From Eledone cirrhosa (taxonomy: Eukaryota), in NCBI GenBank assembly GCA_964016885.1, contig OZ024740.1:154132001-154196000 (forward strand): a stretch of DNA of 64,000 nucleotides, written 5' to 3'. The notes below the pieces were generated by a model. It had not been told where the DNA came from, ran no database searches, and saw only the letters and a program-made list of their open reading frames with translations. A program made the position numbers and the translations under genes. Positions 1-13,714 of the stretch are shown here, piece after piece (position 1 is the stretch's first letter; the number at the start of each line of letters is the position of its first letter).

Positions 1-262
1 GACTGGACGGGCAGGCCGATATATATATATATATACATATACATACATACAGTAGATTCGTTTTTGCAATTATGCAAACAAGCCTCATTTTTAAAGCGAT
101 GTCAGTAGAATGAACCCTTCATTCTTACTCTTGTGTTGGCATGTAAACAGAACTGCAGACACTAATGTTTCTGGGTATCACGCATCATCAGTACAGCTCA
201 CTGCTCACCTGCCAAACTGTCAGAGCTAGTGAAAATATATGCTATTTTCTAAAATACACAGT

Positions 263-500
263 GACTGATCGGCCTGATTTGCATATTAGCAGACTGGCTG
301 ATCAGTCAGATCTGCATATTAGCAGACTGGCTGATCAGTCAGATCTGCATATTAGCAGACTGGCTGATCAGTCAGATTTGCATATTTGCAGACTGGCTGA
401 TCAGTCAGATCTGCATATTAGCAGACTGGCTGATCAGTCAGATCTGCATACTCGCAGATCCACTGATCAACCAGATTTGCATATCAGCAGACTGGCTGAT
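263..500. repeat. 33-bp minisatellite, about 7 copies, near-palindromic unit
   Basis: Unit GCATATTAGCAGACTGGCTGATCAGTCAGATCT is repeated; it accounts for the HISRLADQSDL repeat in ORF 165..545. Confidence 0.9.
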
Positions 501-769
501 TGTATTCAGCCATGCAGAGCGAAATTTTATTTTATTTTTTTTTAATTTGGCAAAGCTGGCCATTTATCGCTCGTATACAGGAAAAAGAATCGAATGTTAT
601 TATTAATATTCGAAAAACTCAGATTACATTTATCGTATTCAGCCATTTAGAGCGAAATTTTTATTTTATTTTATATATATATATATATATGTGTGTGTTC
701 GTGAATAGAGCAATAGAAAAATAAAAGTCAGTCATAAGTAGTTAGTTAGTTAGTACATTGTTTTGGGAT

Positions 770-1671
770 CGTTTCAGAGGGTCGATTGATCGACGGATAT
801 CGATGTGTCTACTCTAACGGTTGTAGGGTCAACTGGATGGAATTTACGGATGGCATGGTATTACTTAACTCATCAGGAGGTGATCTCCGACATGCACTTC
901 ACATGTTTACTGCGGAGTGTTGCAAAGTATGAATGAAAATCAGTGAAGTGAAGACTAATACATTCGTTCCCCCAATGCAGTGGACTCTACGTGCGAGTGG
1001 CGTTCCTCTGAAGCAGGTGGGGAGTTCAAGTATCCTGGGGCCGTGTTCACGAGTAATAAAAGGCAGGAGTCTGCATTATGTGCCAGAATTGCAGGAGCTG
1101 ATGCAGTGATGCACCAGCTTCAGCATTTGGTCATCAGAAGAAGGAAGGTAAGTATAAAAGATAAACTCGCTCTCTTCAATTCAGTCTTCGTGTCAACCCT
1201 TACTTATGGTCATGAGTCTTGGGTAATGACCGAAAGAAGACGCTCGCGAATACAAGCGGCAGAAATGGGGTTTCTCCGAAGGGTCATTGGGGTAACGTTA
1301 CTTAATAGAGTGCGTAGTGCGGAGATCAGAGAGTTGCTCCAGGTAGAGACGTTACTTTCCAAATTGAGAGATAAAAGATCAGATACTACGGATATCTGGT
1401 TAGAATGTGTCAGGAAAGAATCACTAGACAGATTTTACCGGCAAAGCAGGCCGATAGGAGGTCAGGTGGAGCACCTAAACAAGATGGTTGGATAATATCC
1501 AAGAGCTCGGCTGATCTCGCTTGAGGTTACAGCCGAATCAATTGGAAACGGTTGTTCTTGGCAGGTCCCGCTGGAGAGTGTACTTGAGGACTCAGCACCC
1601 CCCCCCCCCCCAAGAAGAAGAAGAAGAAGAAGAAGAAGAAGAAGAAGAAGAAGAAGAAGAAGAAGAAGAAG
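770..1671 (+). mobile_element. RTE-clade LINE, decayed 3' fragment with (AAG)n tail
   Basis: RT C-terminal motifs FKYPG, KLALFNSVFVSTLTYGHESW and RIQAAEMGFLRR..G..LLNRVRSAEIRE are typical of RTE; ends in about 20 AAG units at 1612-1671. Confidence 0.8.
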
Positions 1672-1739
1672 CTAATTAGTATAAGTCGGTATATCGAGAG
1701 GTAAACCACCCATGGAATGAAACTCATTGGAAACCGACT

Positions 1740-2450
1740 TAAATGTCGGCAATATTCAAAGAAAGTTTTGAAATTTGGTTTTATTCCTTTGATCTCGAAT
1801 GTACCAAAACTGTCTGTTAAGTGAGAAAAACATTTGGAAATGATGCAAAGAAACCTTCGAAGATGAAAAAAGACTACCTTGAGATGATGCTTTAAAATAA
1901 GTAAGACAAATATTTTCAATTTATTAAGAAACTAAATGAAAGATTTGGTAAACATCCAACTTTAATTGCTTTTCTCAAGTCCGACCTCATGTTTAATGCG
2001 CAAGAGAAATTCTCTTACAATATCTTTTAGCACGACAAAAGTAGAATGCCTTACACAATCTGAGAGGATATCATTATAGCAGTGTAAATGAAATCAGAGA
2101 AGCTGTTATGAATTTCATTTAAAAGTTATTCCCCTGGGTAACAACACAGTAAAATGCTGTGTTTATAAAACTACTGAAGATGTTGAAAAGCCGATAACTT
2201 CCAAACATCAGCAGTGTAAGATTTCTATCCAGTTAGGGGGGTCAACGCTTAGAGGTTATAATATTCTCATGGTCTAGTTACATTAACGCAGTCTCAGTGG
2301 AAAATGTATTGATGGTGAATTAATTTCTCTTTGGAAAATAGTTTAGATCTAAAACGATTTTCTTCTGGTTGGAAGATGGGATTGTATTTGAGAGAAAATA
2401 CCATTCCTCTTTATATTGCGACAAAGGGTCAAATAGTTATGTTAAACCAG
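1740..2450 (+). pseudogene. Decayed hAT (Charlie/Buster-like) transposase N-terminal part
   Basis: Across frameshifts: CRQYS..LKFGFIP, LLSEKTFGNDAKKPSKMK (BED-finger region), SYNI, PYTI*E, IPLGNNTV, EDVE, FSIQLGGSTL, in the expected order for Charlie-type transposases. Confidence 0.6.
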
Positions 2451-2757
2451 GCGACTGATAAAATCTCCTGCCCGAGCAGGTCACGGTATGATTTGACCTC
2501 ACAATGCAAAGAACCGACATTCTTCCATCAGAAATAATGATTTCTTTATTCTTCATTTTCCATAAGAAGTAATAAAGACGCAATTATAAGCAACACAGAG
2601 AGGGGGGGGGGCAGTAAGGACAGTAAGGAGTAAGAAGTAAAGCATATTCCTTCAGCATTGTAATGGTAGCTAGTGGTACCTATATATAAACAAAAGAGAA
2701 GTAGAGGTAGATACATACAAACACACACACATACACGCACATATATATATATGTGAG

Positions 2758-2794
<37 letters not shown>

Positions 2795-2851
2795 ATGTAT
2801 ATATGTGTGTGTGTTTCTGTTTGTGTGTATCCACACCTCTACTTCTCTTTT

Positions 2852-2921
<70 letters not shown>

Positions 2922-2929
2922 GTGTGTGT

Positions 2930-3115
2930 GTCATGGGTTCAATCAGGGGTAAGGTACTCAATACATTAGTAGAGTGCAAACATCAAATTTAATATAGAAA
3001 TAGCTTCTACGGGACTCGATCTGTTTCATTTCATTCGAAGGAAATCATCAGGACTTTCCTGATGATTTTTCCTTCGAATGAAACAGTTCTAGTCCTGTAA
3101 AAGCCAATTGTATAT
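2930..3115. ncRNA. Inverted pair of hammerhead ribozyme motifs (family H1)
   Basis: + strand CTGATGA(3059)...GAAA-CAG-ttctagtc-CTG-TA-aaagc, preceded by its own reverse complement at about 3003-3052. Confidence 0.7.
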
Positions 3116-3309
3116 ACATCTGTGATCGATTTGGTGTGTATTTCAGCAGCAACGTTCTATATCATCGGTCTAGTAAAAATACAGTATTCTATGCCAATGC
3201 TTACCTTAGGTACTTCGTATCAAATATGGGCAAATGATGTCAGTTTTTACCTGCCCAATCTATAGCGATTTGAGGTAAGTATCCACTATGTATGAGTAGG
3301 TTTGTGGCC

Positions 3310-3706
3310 TCTCCATGGAATCTGAAACTTATGAAGCCAACGATGACAATAACTTCGCAGTCAGCGACTCAACTCCACCAAACGTCTGGAACGCCACAGG
3401 TTGGATAAATCCAGGTATTTACGCCGCGGTAAATATGGGGCTCACTGCTTCCGTTGCCAAACGGAATAAAATTTGTGAATACCTGGATTTATCCGGTACG
3501 GTAATTATTTTTTCCAGCCAGTGGCGTTCGGGTCGTTTGGTGGAGTTGGGCCGCTGACAACGAAGTTCTTGTCATCTCTGGCGGCTCACCTTACTAAGGT
3601 GTCAGGTGATGCCAATGAGGATGCCTGGCTGTTTCAGCGCCATAGCCTCGCCATAACCCGCGGCGATGCTGCGAGCGTGTTGGCTTTCATCAAAGTGTGT
3701 AGTTAA
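3310..3706 (+). mobile_element. CRE-clade non-LTR retrotransposon, 3' RLE endonuclease fragment
   Basis: K..EY.DL..., AFGSFGGVG..TTKFL..L...L..VSGD..E.AWLFQRHSLAITRGDAASVL resembles the C-terminus of CRE elements; a T-rich 3'UTR follows. Confidence 0.7.
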
Positions 3707-4228
3707 CCCTTATGTTGTGATGTTCGGCAGATTGTCGCACTTGGTTGTGAATTGATGGTCGGTTTTGTTTGTGCTCCTCACCCTCCCTTTTTCTTCTTTT
3801 TCTTCTCTATTTTATGCGTTTATATTTGTGTTTATCAATGACATTATATTTGTAATGTTCTTCTGAACGAATTTATAATGTTACTTACGCATTTGTAATG
3901 TTATATACGAAGACAATTCAATTCAAAGCTGCCGGCCGGTGTAGCCGCATTGTTCAGTGTATAGTAGCCGTGCCTCATTGCTCTACAGGGTTACAACTTA
4001 GACAATTGACTGCATCAGCCGTACTTTCTGTTATGGGACAACACAACTGGTCTTGCCACAATTTAGAAATGTATTTTCACTTAAAACAATACTCATAGGT
4101 ACAATTTAGTTAGGTCACTTATCATCCATACCCAGCCAGCGTCCGATTTCGACGTTGACAAAGTCGGTAGAGCGTCTGACAACATACACATTATATTTAA
4201 TTTGCTTTCAATATCCAGTTACATCTTT

Positions 4229-4260
4229 GTATATATATATATATATGTATATGTATCTTT

Positions 4261-4305
<45 letters not shown>

Positions 4306-4476
4306 TATACATGCGTACATACATGCATACATATATACATACATAGATATATACATACATACATACATACGTACGTACACACACACATACATGCATACAT
4401 ACATACATACATACATACATACATACATACATACATACATACATACATACATACATACATACATACATACATACAT
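4229..4476. repeat. (TA)n/(TACA)n microsatellite
   Basis: Directly visible. Confidence 0.95.
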
Positions 4477-5900
4477 TTCTAGAATGTTTCTGTTACCTCC
4501 TAAAAAGAATTTAAGTGATTATGGCAAGTTCTTTCATTTCGTCTGCTTTCTGCTTTGTGGAAGCATTTTTTTCCGGGTTTTTTTTCCCCCCTATTAAATT
4601 CATTTTCGTTTACGTTGTATCGTAGACTGATTCTCACATGTTGCCATCAATTGCTCTTTTGGGGTTAAGTAGCTAATTCCCCAAAACTTCAAGAAGGTTC
4701 CCTCCTTCCCTTCCTTTTCGATTATTTCTAATATTTATTTATGTATTTGATATTTTGTTTGTTTGTTGTATTTTCTTTTATCAATGTCATATATGTTAAG
4801 GAGGTGAAATGCCGACATTTTGCTTAATTTTTTTTTTTTTTTAAATGTTGTATAAGAATTAGTACATAGCGAATGTTCTTATATGAAACACTTTTAATAG
4901 GTCGTACAAAGAATGGTAAAACCGGCTGAATTGGTAGAGCGTGTGACAACATACGTATTATATTTAATTTCTCTTTCAGTATCCGGTTACTTCCCCATTA
5001 CCGAATTCTGAGCTCGAATGTCTTTTAGTATACTTTCAGCTACATCTAGAATACATGTTAGAATACAAATCTACCCTAATAATTGACTGGTTCTTTATTT
5101 TATCCAGCCTGCTCCGCTACAAACCAAAGTTAACCTCGGCGAGGTTAAAGAGCTGTATTTCTCCGACGATCTAATCATCTTGATAAACCACCGCTTTATC
5201 ACCGCTGTTAGCTAAATCTTTCTTTTTATCCGGGTTGCCTTTAATGGAATCCATCTAGTTGTTGCAAGACTCCAGTCTGAATATAACTTGATATTTTGAT
5301 CTAATGCTTCTTACTTCAGATACCCAAGAGGCGTGGTTTCACACCACCCCTATATCAGTCTTGGAGGCCTTACAAAAAATAACTTATGTGTGCTGCCCTT
5401 CCAGAAGAATTATGATATTCGTTGTTCACTATTCCTCAAAGAATATTTATTTATAGATTTCAATGTCCTTGCATCAAATGTGCAAAAGCTAATGTAAACA
5501 TTATGTGTATGTGTGTATTTGTGTTTGTGCGATTTGTGTCTCTGCGTATGTGCGTGGGTGTCTGTGTGCTTGTGTGTATCCAAATGGAATATTTGAATAT
5601 GATTGTTTGAATTGTTTGTGTATGCTTCTAGAGAGTACGTGAAAGGGCGTGTGTGTGTAATTGTGAATTGGAGGGTGAATCTGTCTATATGTGTGTATGT
5701 GCGTTCCGATAAAACCTACATAAATAAAGTAGAAAATGAGCAAATGCTTGCCATTTCTTCTATCCAGTCCACACTCGCCTACACTGAATTAGTTGACAGT
5801 TCATACGACTCTCGTCAACGCTTTGCTTATTTCCGCAACGCTTCTACGAGGCAAAATATTTAGCAATTTATTTATTGATCGCAGGAAATTATTATATATT

Positions 5901-6144
5901 TAATTATATAAATATAAAGAAAGTGTTCATGCGCAGAGATGTTATAAAGATAGCTTATAAAATAAGGTGATATCCTTTAAAAGGCGGAAAATGAATTTGC
6001 CAGCGACCGCTGAGGAATTGAACCCCATATCACAGCGGTTGTTGGCAAACTCTGTTTCTGTCTTTTAAGGGTCTTCACCCTATTTTATAAGCTAACTTTA
6101 TAGCATTTCTGCGCCTGAGCACTTTCTTTATACTTATATAATTA
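5901..6144. repeat. Imperfect long inverted repeat (arms about 112 bp, 19-nt loop)
   Basis: 5901-6013 is the reverse complement of 6033-6144 with scattered mismatches. Confidence 0.85.
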
Positions 6145-7470
6145 ATGGTAGAACCACCCACGTCTATGTTTGAATATATGTAAGATAAATTTAATGCAGA
6201 AATAACTGCAGTAATTACATTAGCCTTGCTTTAAAATATCGATTTAAAAACTATAGTTATATACATTAAATTTATCCTACATCTTATAATATTCACTTTG
6301 TGGTGCATAAATATTTATAATATTCTATAGGAGAATGTGAGTGTGAGTACGTGTGTGTGAGTGTGAGTATTTAAGTATGTTTATATGGGGGTTTGCATAT
6401 ATGCATAAACTATTCTTGGCCGTAGGTCAACACGAAAGAAAGGGAATGCAATTTGATAATATAAACTCGAAGATATATAGCTTTGATGTCAGTCAACGGG
6501 CCTAAACCATTTATTGAAGATTAGATCTGATTATGAAAATGTCAAGCAATGGATCCCCTTAATTTACACTTTACATTTGACACTATTTATCACAATTTTT
6601 ATTTATTTTATTTTTTACTCCATTTATCACACATTGGCTTTGATGCCATTTATCACACTTTGATGTGATAAACTGAGTCAATTACTTGACTTTGCTAAGA
6701 TTATTAAGCTGTGAAGTTTGCTATATTATAGGATATAGTTTAGTTTGAATTACAATCGCACAGCTTTTAATGTCACATACTGGTTTGAAAAATTACAACT
6801 GAAAGCGAGCTTTCAAGAATAAGCGTGAAATTGCTTCTTTTCCTTTTTAATGATATGTCTAAGTATGATTTTTTCGGATTATTAATGTCACCTTTGGTGT
6901 ATTTTTTATTATTTTACGTTCAACGCTACATTTTACAACCAAATCTCACTGAAATCCAAACAAAAGACCACATCACATGGAGTCATCTTCACACATCTAG
7001 CGAGTGTGACGAAAAGTTCACTGCTGGAAATCCTATAATCATAGGATTTCTATGATCAGATTTGCCCAATTTCTTCGTAAACTCTACCCCATTGATGACG
7101 CTCAGGCTTAGGACTATCATGTTTCAAAATTTGGTAGTAATTTAGAGTATCGCATTCGATTAAAAAAGTTAAACATCTGACCAATTTTTTTAACTTCCCA
7201 TCTTTCATTTCACCGAAACAAACAATTTCTGTAAATAAATTTCAACGATAGATTTAGATATTTTGAATATGTTCGCTACCTTTTCGTACCTAAAAGGCAT
7301 AATTACAATCTATGTGACCACCACCCGGATTTATTCCCTCATAACATTCTTAATTGTGCATATTTTTATGATATTTTCGGACGTTTAGATCACGATTTAA
7401 AATATTGGCTAAATGTAAACTCGGAATTTCTTTCACCATACCTTCCAATGTCATGCTGCTGAAGAATAAT

Positions 7471-7896
7471 TGTTTCTAGCTTTGGCACAAGGCCAGCAAT
7501 TACTCCAGTGCATTACTGGTGCTTTATTTTATCCACCCCGTAAGGATGAATGGTAAAGTTAACCTCGGCGGGATTTGAATTCAGATCGTAAAGGGCCGTA
7601 ACTCTATGCTGCAAAGCATGGCGTCCGAGTCTCTACCAATACTGTTAATCAATCACTCTAATGCTGCTGAAGAATAATGGTTTCTGATTTAGGCACAAGG
7701 CCAGCAATTTTGGTGGAAGGGAAAGTCGATTAAATCGACCCCAGTGCGTGACTGGTACTTTATTTTATCGACCCCGTAAGGATGAAAGGCAAAGTTAACC
7801 TCGGTGGGATTTGAACTCAGATCATAAAGGGCCGTAACTCTATGCTGCAAAGCATGGCGTCCAACCCTCTACCGATACTGCTAATCAATCACTCTA
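7471..7896 (-). mobile_element. Two tandem tRNA-derived SINEs
   Basis: Reverse complement of the A-box/B-box head (TGGCAGTATCGGTAGAG...GAGTTCAAATCC) plus central GCCTTTCATCCTTACGGGGTCGATAAAATAAAGTACCAG; the 18-mer ATGCTGCTGAAGAATAAT occurs at 7453, 7661 and 7897. Confidence 0.85.
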
Positions 7897-8796
7897 ATGC
7901 TGCCGAAGAATAATATCAATCGGAATGTCATAGATTTATACGAGAAAATATTGTCTTTTCAACAACTATCAATTGCATACAAATCAAGATAATCATAATC
8001 TACATCTCCCAAAATGTATCTTTGAAAAGTATGTATTACTACGAATATGTTGAGGAAACAAAATAGGATATTAAACTGTAGATATGTAAAACTCCGGTCA
8101 GTTATAGCTATACTTATTTAATGCGGTAGGGACTGATAAAAGGACGCCTTCTTCTTTAATTTTAAATGTATTTCAATAATAAAATCATGACAAATTCCTA
8201 ACTACGTTCTGTAAAAATGTGAAAGTAAAGGCTGCAGTCAAAGAATATGGATGTGACGTAACGTTATTCGGAGAGAAAGGATTGCAAAATACGTAAAATA
8301 CGAAATAAATGAAAATAAATGCTACTTACATGTAAGTTAATTGATGTGAAATACATAAAAATATACATACATGTAATTAACTGCAACTATGAATTTCATT
8401 GACACGTGAAATAAGATTCCCAAATGTCAAATGATGCTTTCAAAACTAATTGTTTCACGTATGGAACAAACAGACATATTCAGACTTGCCAACCTCTAAA
8501 AACCAAAACGGAAAGTACCATGAAAGAAAGTGCCCAAAACAAGGAGAAATGAAGCAAAATGGGCAGATTTTACATAATGAAAGCTATACCCATTTTCACA
8601 AAAGAAAACATATCTCGCCTACCACAAAGTGGGCGGGAGATCTCCTCGTCGGATGGGGAGAGTTGACAAGTCTGTATATCTACAGTGACACATACTCATA
8701 TGTTACCTAGATATTACACAAAAAGGCGTACAACACGCATACACAAACACACACAGCAAAACCATTTTTCTTTTCGTGTGTCATTATTTGTTACAG

Positions 8797-9173
8797 AGGG
8801 GTGGTTTGGCAGTATCAGTAGAGCGTCAGACACCATGCTTTGCAGCATACAGTTATGGCCATTTGTGGTCTGAGTTCAAATCCGCCGAGGTTAACTTTGC
8901 CTTTCATCCTTACGGGGTCGGTAAAATAAAGTACCAGTAATGCACTGGGGTAATCGCTGGCCTTGTGCCAAAAGTAGAAGCTCTATGGCGGTGGATTCGC
9001 AGTATCGGTAGAGGGTCGGACGCCACCTTTGCAACACAGAGTTACGTCCCTTTACAGTCTGAGTTCAAATCCCGCCGAGGTTAACTTTGCCTTTCATCCT
9101 TACGGGGTCGATAAAATAAACTACAAATAATGCACTGGGATAATTGCTGGCCTTGTGCCAAAAGTAGAAACAG
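8797..9173 (+). mobile_element. SINE dimer (same family) with 13-bp TSD
   Basis: Two head-to-tail SINE units; TTATTTGTTACAG at 8784-8796 and 9174-9186. Confidence 0.85.
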
Positions 9174-9501
9174 TTATTTGTTACAGCTATGTACTTATTA
9201 CTGTTAGCGATGGCAAGGCATATACAAGGACGAGATTACACACTGTCCGAACCGACTGGGTTCAAATTGAACTATTCTGACATACTTCATAAATTTCATT
9301 CATATAAACACTATTGTGAACAGTAAAATTTACTTTAGCCGACATAAAATTATATTCTTTCAAAGTAGGTAGTTCGACTTTATGTCCAAGTGTCCAAACA
9401 AACATACATACATACATACATACATACATACATACATACATACATACATACATACATACATAGTACGTATGTACGTACGTACGTACGTACATACATACAT
9501 A

Positions 9502-12500
9502 GACAGTCAACGCGATCAGTCGCATATTTTGGCGTGGGAGACTATTTATTAAATTTAAGATGAATACTATCTCCCACAGTAATGCCACAACTACAGCCAG
9601 GTTGAATAACTGGTTATTCTTCTAACTATCGCTTCTGAAGACACTTTTTATTCGAATTCGTAGAGATATCCGACTAAATACATAATTCATTTTACAAGGA
9701 TTTACTATAAACAGCATGGCTGAATACAACATCAACAAAAAAATTAAGGAAGTATCGAAGACAAATAACAAGGAAGGTAATCAAACTTTATTCAGTTGTA
9801 GCTACAGAAGAAACTGAAATTATAAATCTCATTTCTCTTGGGGTTGCGAACTTAATAAGGATTTATTTAATTGTTATAAAATGGCAAAAAACAATCCCTC
9901 CATTGGCTATATGAATAGAATGAAGCTACACTGGGACGAAATGCACCCAGAGCTAAATTATTTCACAGCGAAACAATTATGCCAACAAGCGACGTTTGTT
10001 GAACGTAAAAATAAGATAAATATTATTAATTGTAAGTCCCCCACAACAAACATGGAATCAACAACACGTGCTACAGGTCACCATGCTACTAGACTTCCTA
10101 GCAGCCAGGTCGAACAGCGCCTTGAAATAACTATGCCTGTAAGAAACTTGACACCACCTGTACCATCTAAGTCTACATCGAATGCTGGGGAAAACTATCG
10201 ATAATAATAATAATCGAAGAAATAATAATAATAATCGAATAAATGTGACACCACGTATGCCATCCGAGTCTACCTCGACTGTTGTTGAAAATACTATCGA
10301 TAATGATAATCAAAAGTATAAACAATTGAAAATTTCCCTCAACGAAATCTTCCAGAGAGAAATTAACTCATGTATAAATATCTCTCTTGCTGAACGTGTT
10401 AAAATGACGATGGTGAATAAAAAACCAAATAAAGAAATACTACGTGTTATTCACGAAATAGGGGATGAATATTTACGACGGCTAAAAACCCCAACATTTT
10501 GGCAAATCAACGCCTGTTTATATGCCTTAGCAATGACAGTGAAGCATTATCTTGGTGATAGCAGAGATATTAACAAGAACAAAACACCACCAAAAATACC
10601 ATCATATATAACTAAAATAGAAAAAAGGAGTGCTGACCTTCGAAAAAACATAGGACATGTGACAATGCTCCTTACATGTAAACAAACACAAAAAAACCTC
10701 ACTCCTCGCCTACAAAGAGTGAAAAATAAAATAGAGACGATGTTTGGTAACAGTAGAACCAGAACTCTCCAATATAAGCGAATCACCCTCAAACAAGAAT
10801 TGAGAGCTGTTAGCGAAAATCGCCGATACCTGAAGAAGGTAGATGAGAGAAAAGTACTGAATAAAAGATTCAGACGAAACCAAACATCAGTCTATAGAAA
10901 TATGAAGGGTAACATAATAAGTGTCACTGAGGCCCCATCCCAGAAAGACATAGATTCCTTTTGGAGAAAAATATGGGGTGAAAAGAAAAATTTCAACCAA
11001 GATGTAGTGTGGCTAAGAGAAATCCGAAAGAACTATTGCTCCTACATTACAACAAAAACATACGAAATAAGTGAGGGTACCCTTGAGACTGTGATAGGAA
11101 AACTCCAAGATAAGAAAACACCAGGAAGAGACATGATTGTCGGCTACTGGTACAAAAAACTAATAATCTATCGGAGGTATCTTACTGACCTCTACCAACA
11201 AGTTCTTAAGGGAGATACACTTATACCAGAATGGTTGACATTAGCACAAACGTTACTGGTCGCCAAGAACAAAGACACCCACTTGACAAAAAACTACCGA
11301 CTCATTGCATGCCAGAACCTGATGTATAAGATGTATACAGCCTGCCTGAACCTATTCCTCCAAAATCACGGTGAAAATAATAACATCATCACAGATGAAC
11401 AAGCAGCTGGAAAAAAAGGGGGGGGGGGGGGGTAGGGGATGTGCTGAACAACTCCTAATCAACAAAACTGCGATGTCGGAGGTCGACAACTTAGGAGGAA
11501 TATGGCTACAGTCCTGGCTGGACTACAGGAAAGCTTTCGATTCTGTTTCCCACTCTTGGATGATAGAGGCCCTCCAACTTGCTAAAGTCTCAGACATTAT
11601 TGTCAGAGCCATAGAGAGACTGTCTTCTTCTTGGGCTACTATCCTAAGGTTAAAGACAGAGAGGGAGGACTCTATTTTCACTGATAAAATAAAATATTGC
11701 AGGGGTATATTTCAGGGGGACAGTCTCTCTGTGATATTATTCATCTTGTCATTAAACCCCTTGTCCTTTCTGCTCAAGAAATGTGGGGGATACATCATTG
11801 GCTCACAGGAGGACAGAAATACGAACCTAACCCATAATTTCTTTGTGGACGATCTGAAACTCTATGACAAGAACATGGATGGGATGAAGAAAAAGCTTGA
11901 CCTGGTTACAACGTTCTCAAAGGATATAGGAATGGAGTTTGGCCAAGATAAAAGCTCATACATGACTGTAAGGCGGGGAAAAACAACAACCCAATCTAGC
12001 AACATTGTCATCAATGGTCTAACTGTTTCACCGATATCTGATGAGGACTGCTACAGATACCTGGGGATAGATGAGAACATATCCTATAATGGTATCTGTA
12101 ATAAAGAACGCGTAACCAGGGAATACTACACCCGATTAAGAAAGATCTGGTCATCGTAACTCTCTGCGCAAAACAAAACAGTGGCTCACAATGTGTTTGC
12201 TGTGCCTGTCCTAACACCAACGTTTGGAATACGCAATTGGACGATAGACGAAATCCGAGCAGTTGATGTTGGAACTCGAAAAATACTGAACAACACCGGA
12301 AACTTCCACATCAACAGTGACATAGACCGCCTTTACTTGATACGTAAGCAGGGAGGCAGAGGCCTAACATCAGTCCAGAAAACATTTGAATGTCGCATCA
12401 TATCTCTCCGACAACATCTACGAAGCGTAGGAGCCCGTCTCTCGAGAAAGTCTATCTGCATGAAACAGATAAGATCATGAGAGTTGGGAAGGAACTCCTT

Positions 12501-13620
12501 GAGAGATATTCCCTGTGTGATAATCAAAAACTCACACCCAGGGATGTCGCTCAGCAGTATCGCAGTGAATCCATGGATGAAAAACTGCATGCCTATCAGC
12601 AATGCTTCATGCATGGATATGTTGCCAGGAAGCTCCAGAGAGAGAGTAATATAGATAAGCAAAGTAGTCTATCTTGGACCAACAACCGCTATATTGGCTC
12701 CCACTTTGAAAGATACGCTTTTGCAATCCAGGAACAGGAGATTAGCACGAAATACCTGATTCACAAAAGAGAGAGGGATGCAGGCAAAACACCTAGACGT
12801 GGTAATTAGTGCAGATTCTGCAGAACTAACCCCGAGGATATCACCCATGTCATCAGCAGCTGCCCAAAGATGTCATCGCGGTACTATCTACCTATGAGGC
12901 ATGATGTAGTGGCCAAAACACTGTACAATGCAGTTCGTAAATAGCCCCGATAATAAACACATTAAAAGCTACAACCATATTGAAGACATTCATGTCCATA
13001 ATATGAAAGAGTACTGGTGGAATGTTCCAGTAAAAACCCCAATAAAATGCAGGCATAACAGACCAGATATTATGATATGGGACAGGGAGAAGAAAGCATG
13101 CACAGTAGTGGAAATTAGCTGCCCAGCAGATGCCAATATAATATCAAAGATTAGTGAAAAGGAGAATATTTATGCAGAACTGATGAGAAATCTGCAGATA
13201 CTCCACCCTGATTACACCTTCAGATTTATGCCTGTGATCATTCGGGCACTGGGATATGTTAGTAACTGACTCAATACAAATCTTGAGAAGCTAGGCTTCA
13301 CAGGAACAGAAAGAACACAACTAGTTAGGAAACTACAAATACAATCCATTAATGGAACAGTAAAAATATGTAAAACATTCCAAAAATTTGCATCTAATAA
13401 CTGCATATACACATGTACAGATACAAAGCATATACACATGCACACATACAACTCAAAACATACACATCCACACATACAATAACATCCATATCTACACATG
13501 CATGCATACATACATATCTACCTAGTTGATGTTGTGTAAATTCCAATGAGAGAGTCTTGTGTCTATGTTAGAAACTCTCCCTCTATTGGTAACACTTTGT
13601 GAAATTATAAAACCAGAAGG
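9502..13620 (+). mobile_element. R4/Dong-clade RLE LINE, apparently full length, frameshifted
   Basis: ORF pieces 9881-13400: RT (KTPGRD, NYRLIAC, WLDYRKAFDSV, GIFQGDSLS, FFVDDLKLY, YRYLG), CCHC knuckle (CRFC...H.ISSC), RHD, RLE (RPDI..D...VEISCP...KENIY); (CATA)n on both sides. Confidence 0.9.
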
Positions 13621-13714
13621 ACATACATACATACATACATACATATATACATACATACATACATACATACAGGCAGACAGGCATCAGACAGACAAATATA
13701 TAGTGTGTATCAGG

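Noticed and set aside
165-545. Repeat protein ORF or CRISPR-like array
   Set aside because: The 33-bp period keeps the frame open by chance; there are no unique spacers or cas genes and the context is eukaryotic.
8797-8890. tRNA gene
   Set aside because: A and B boxes are present but continue into a SINE body with a TSD; no cloverleaf.
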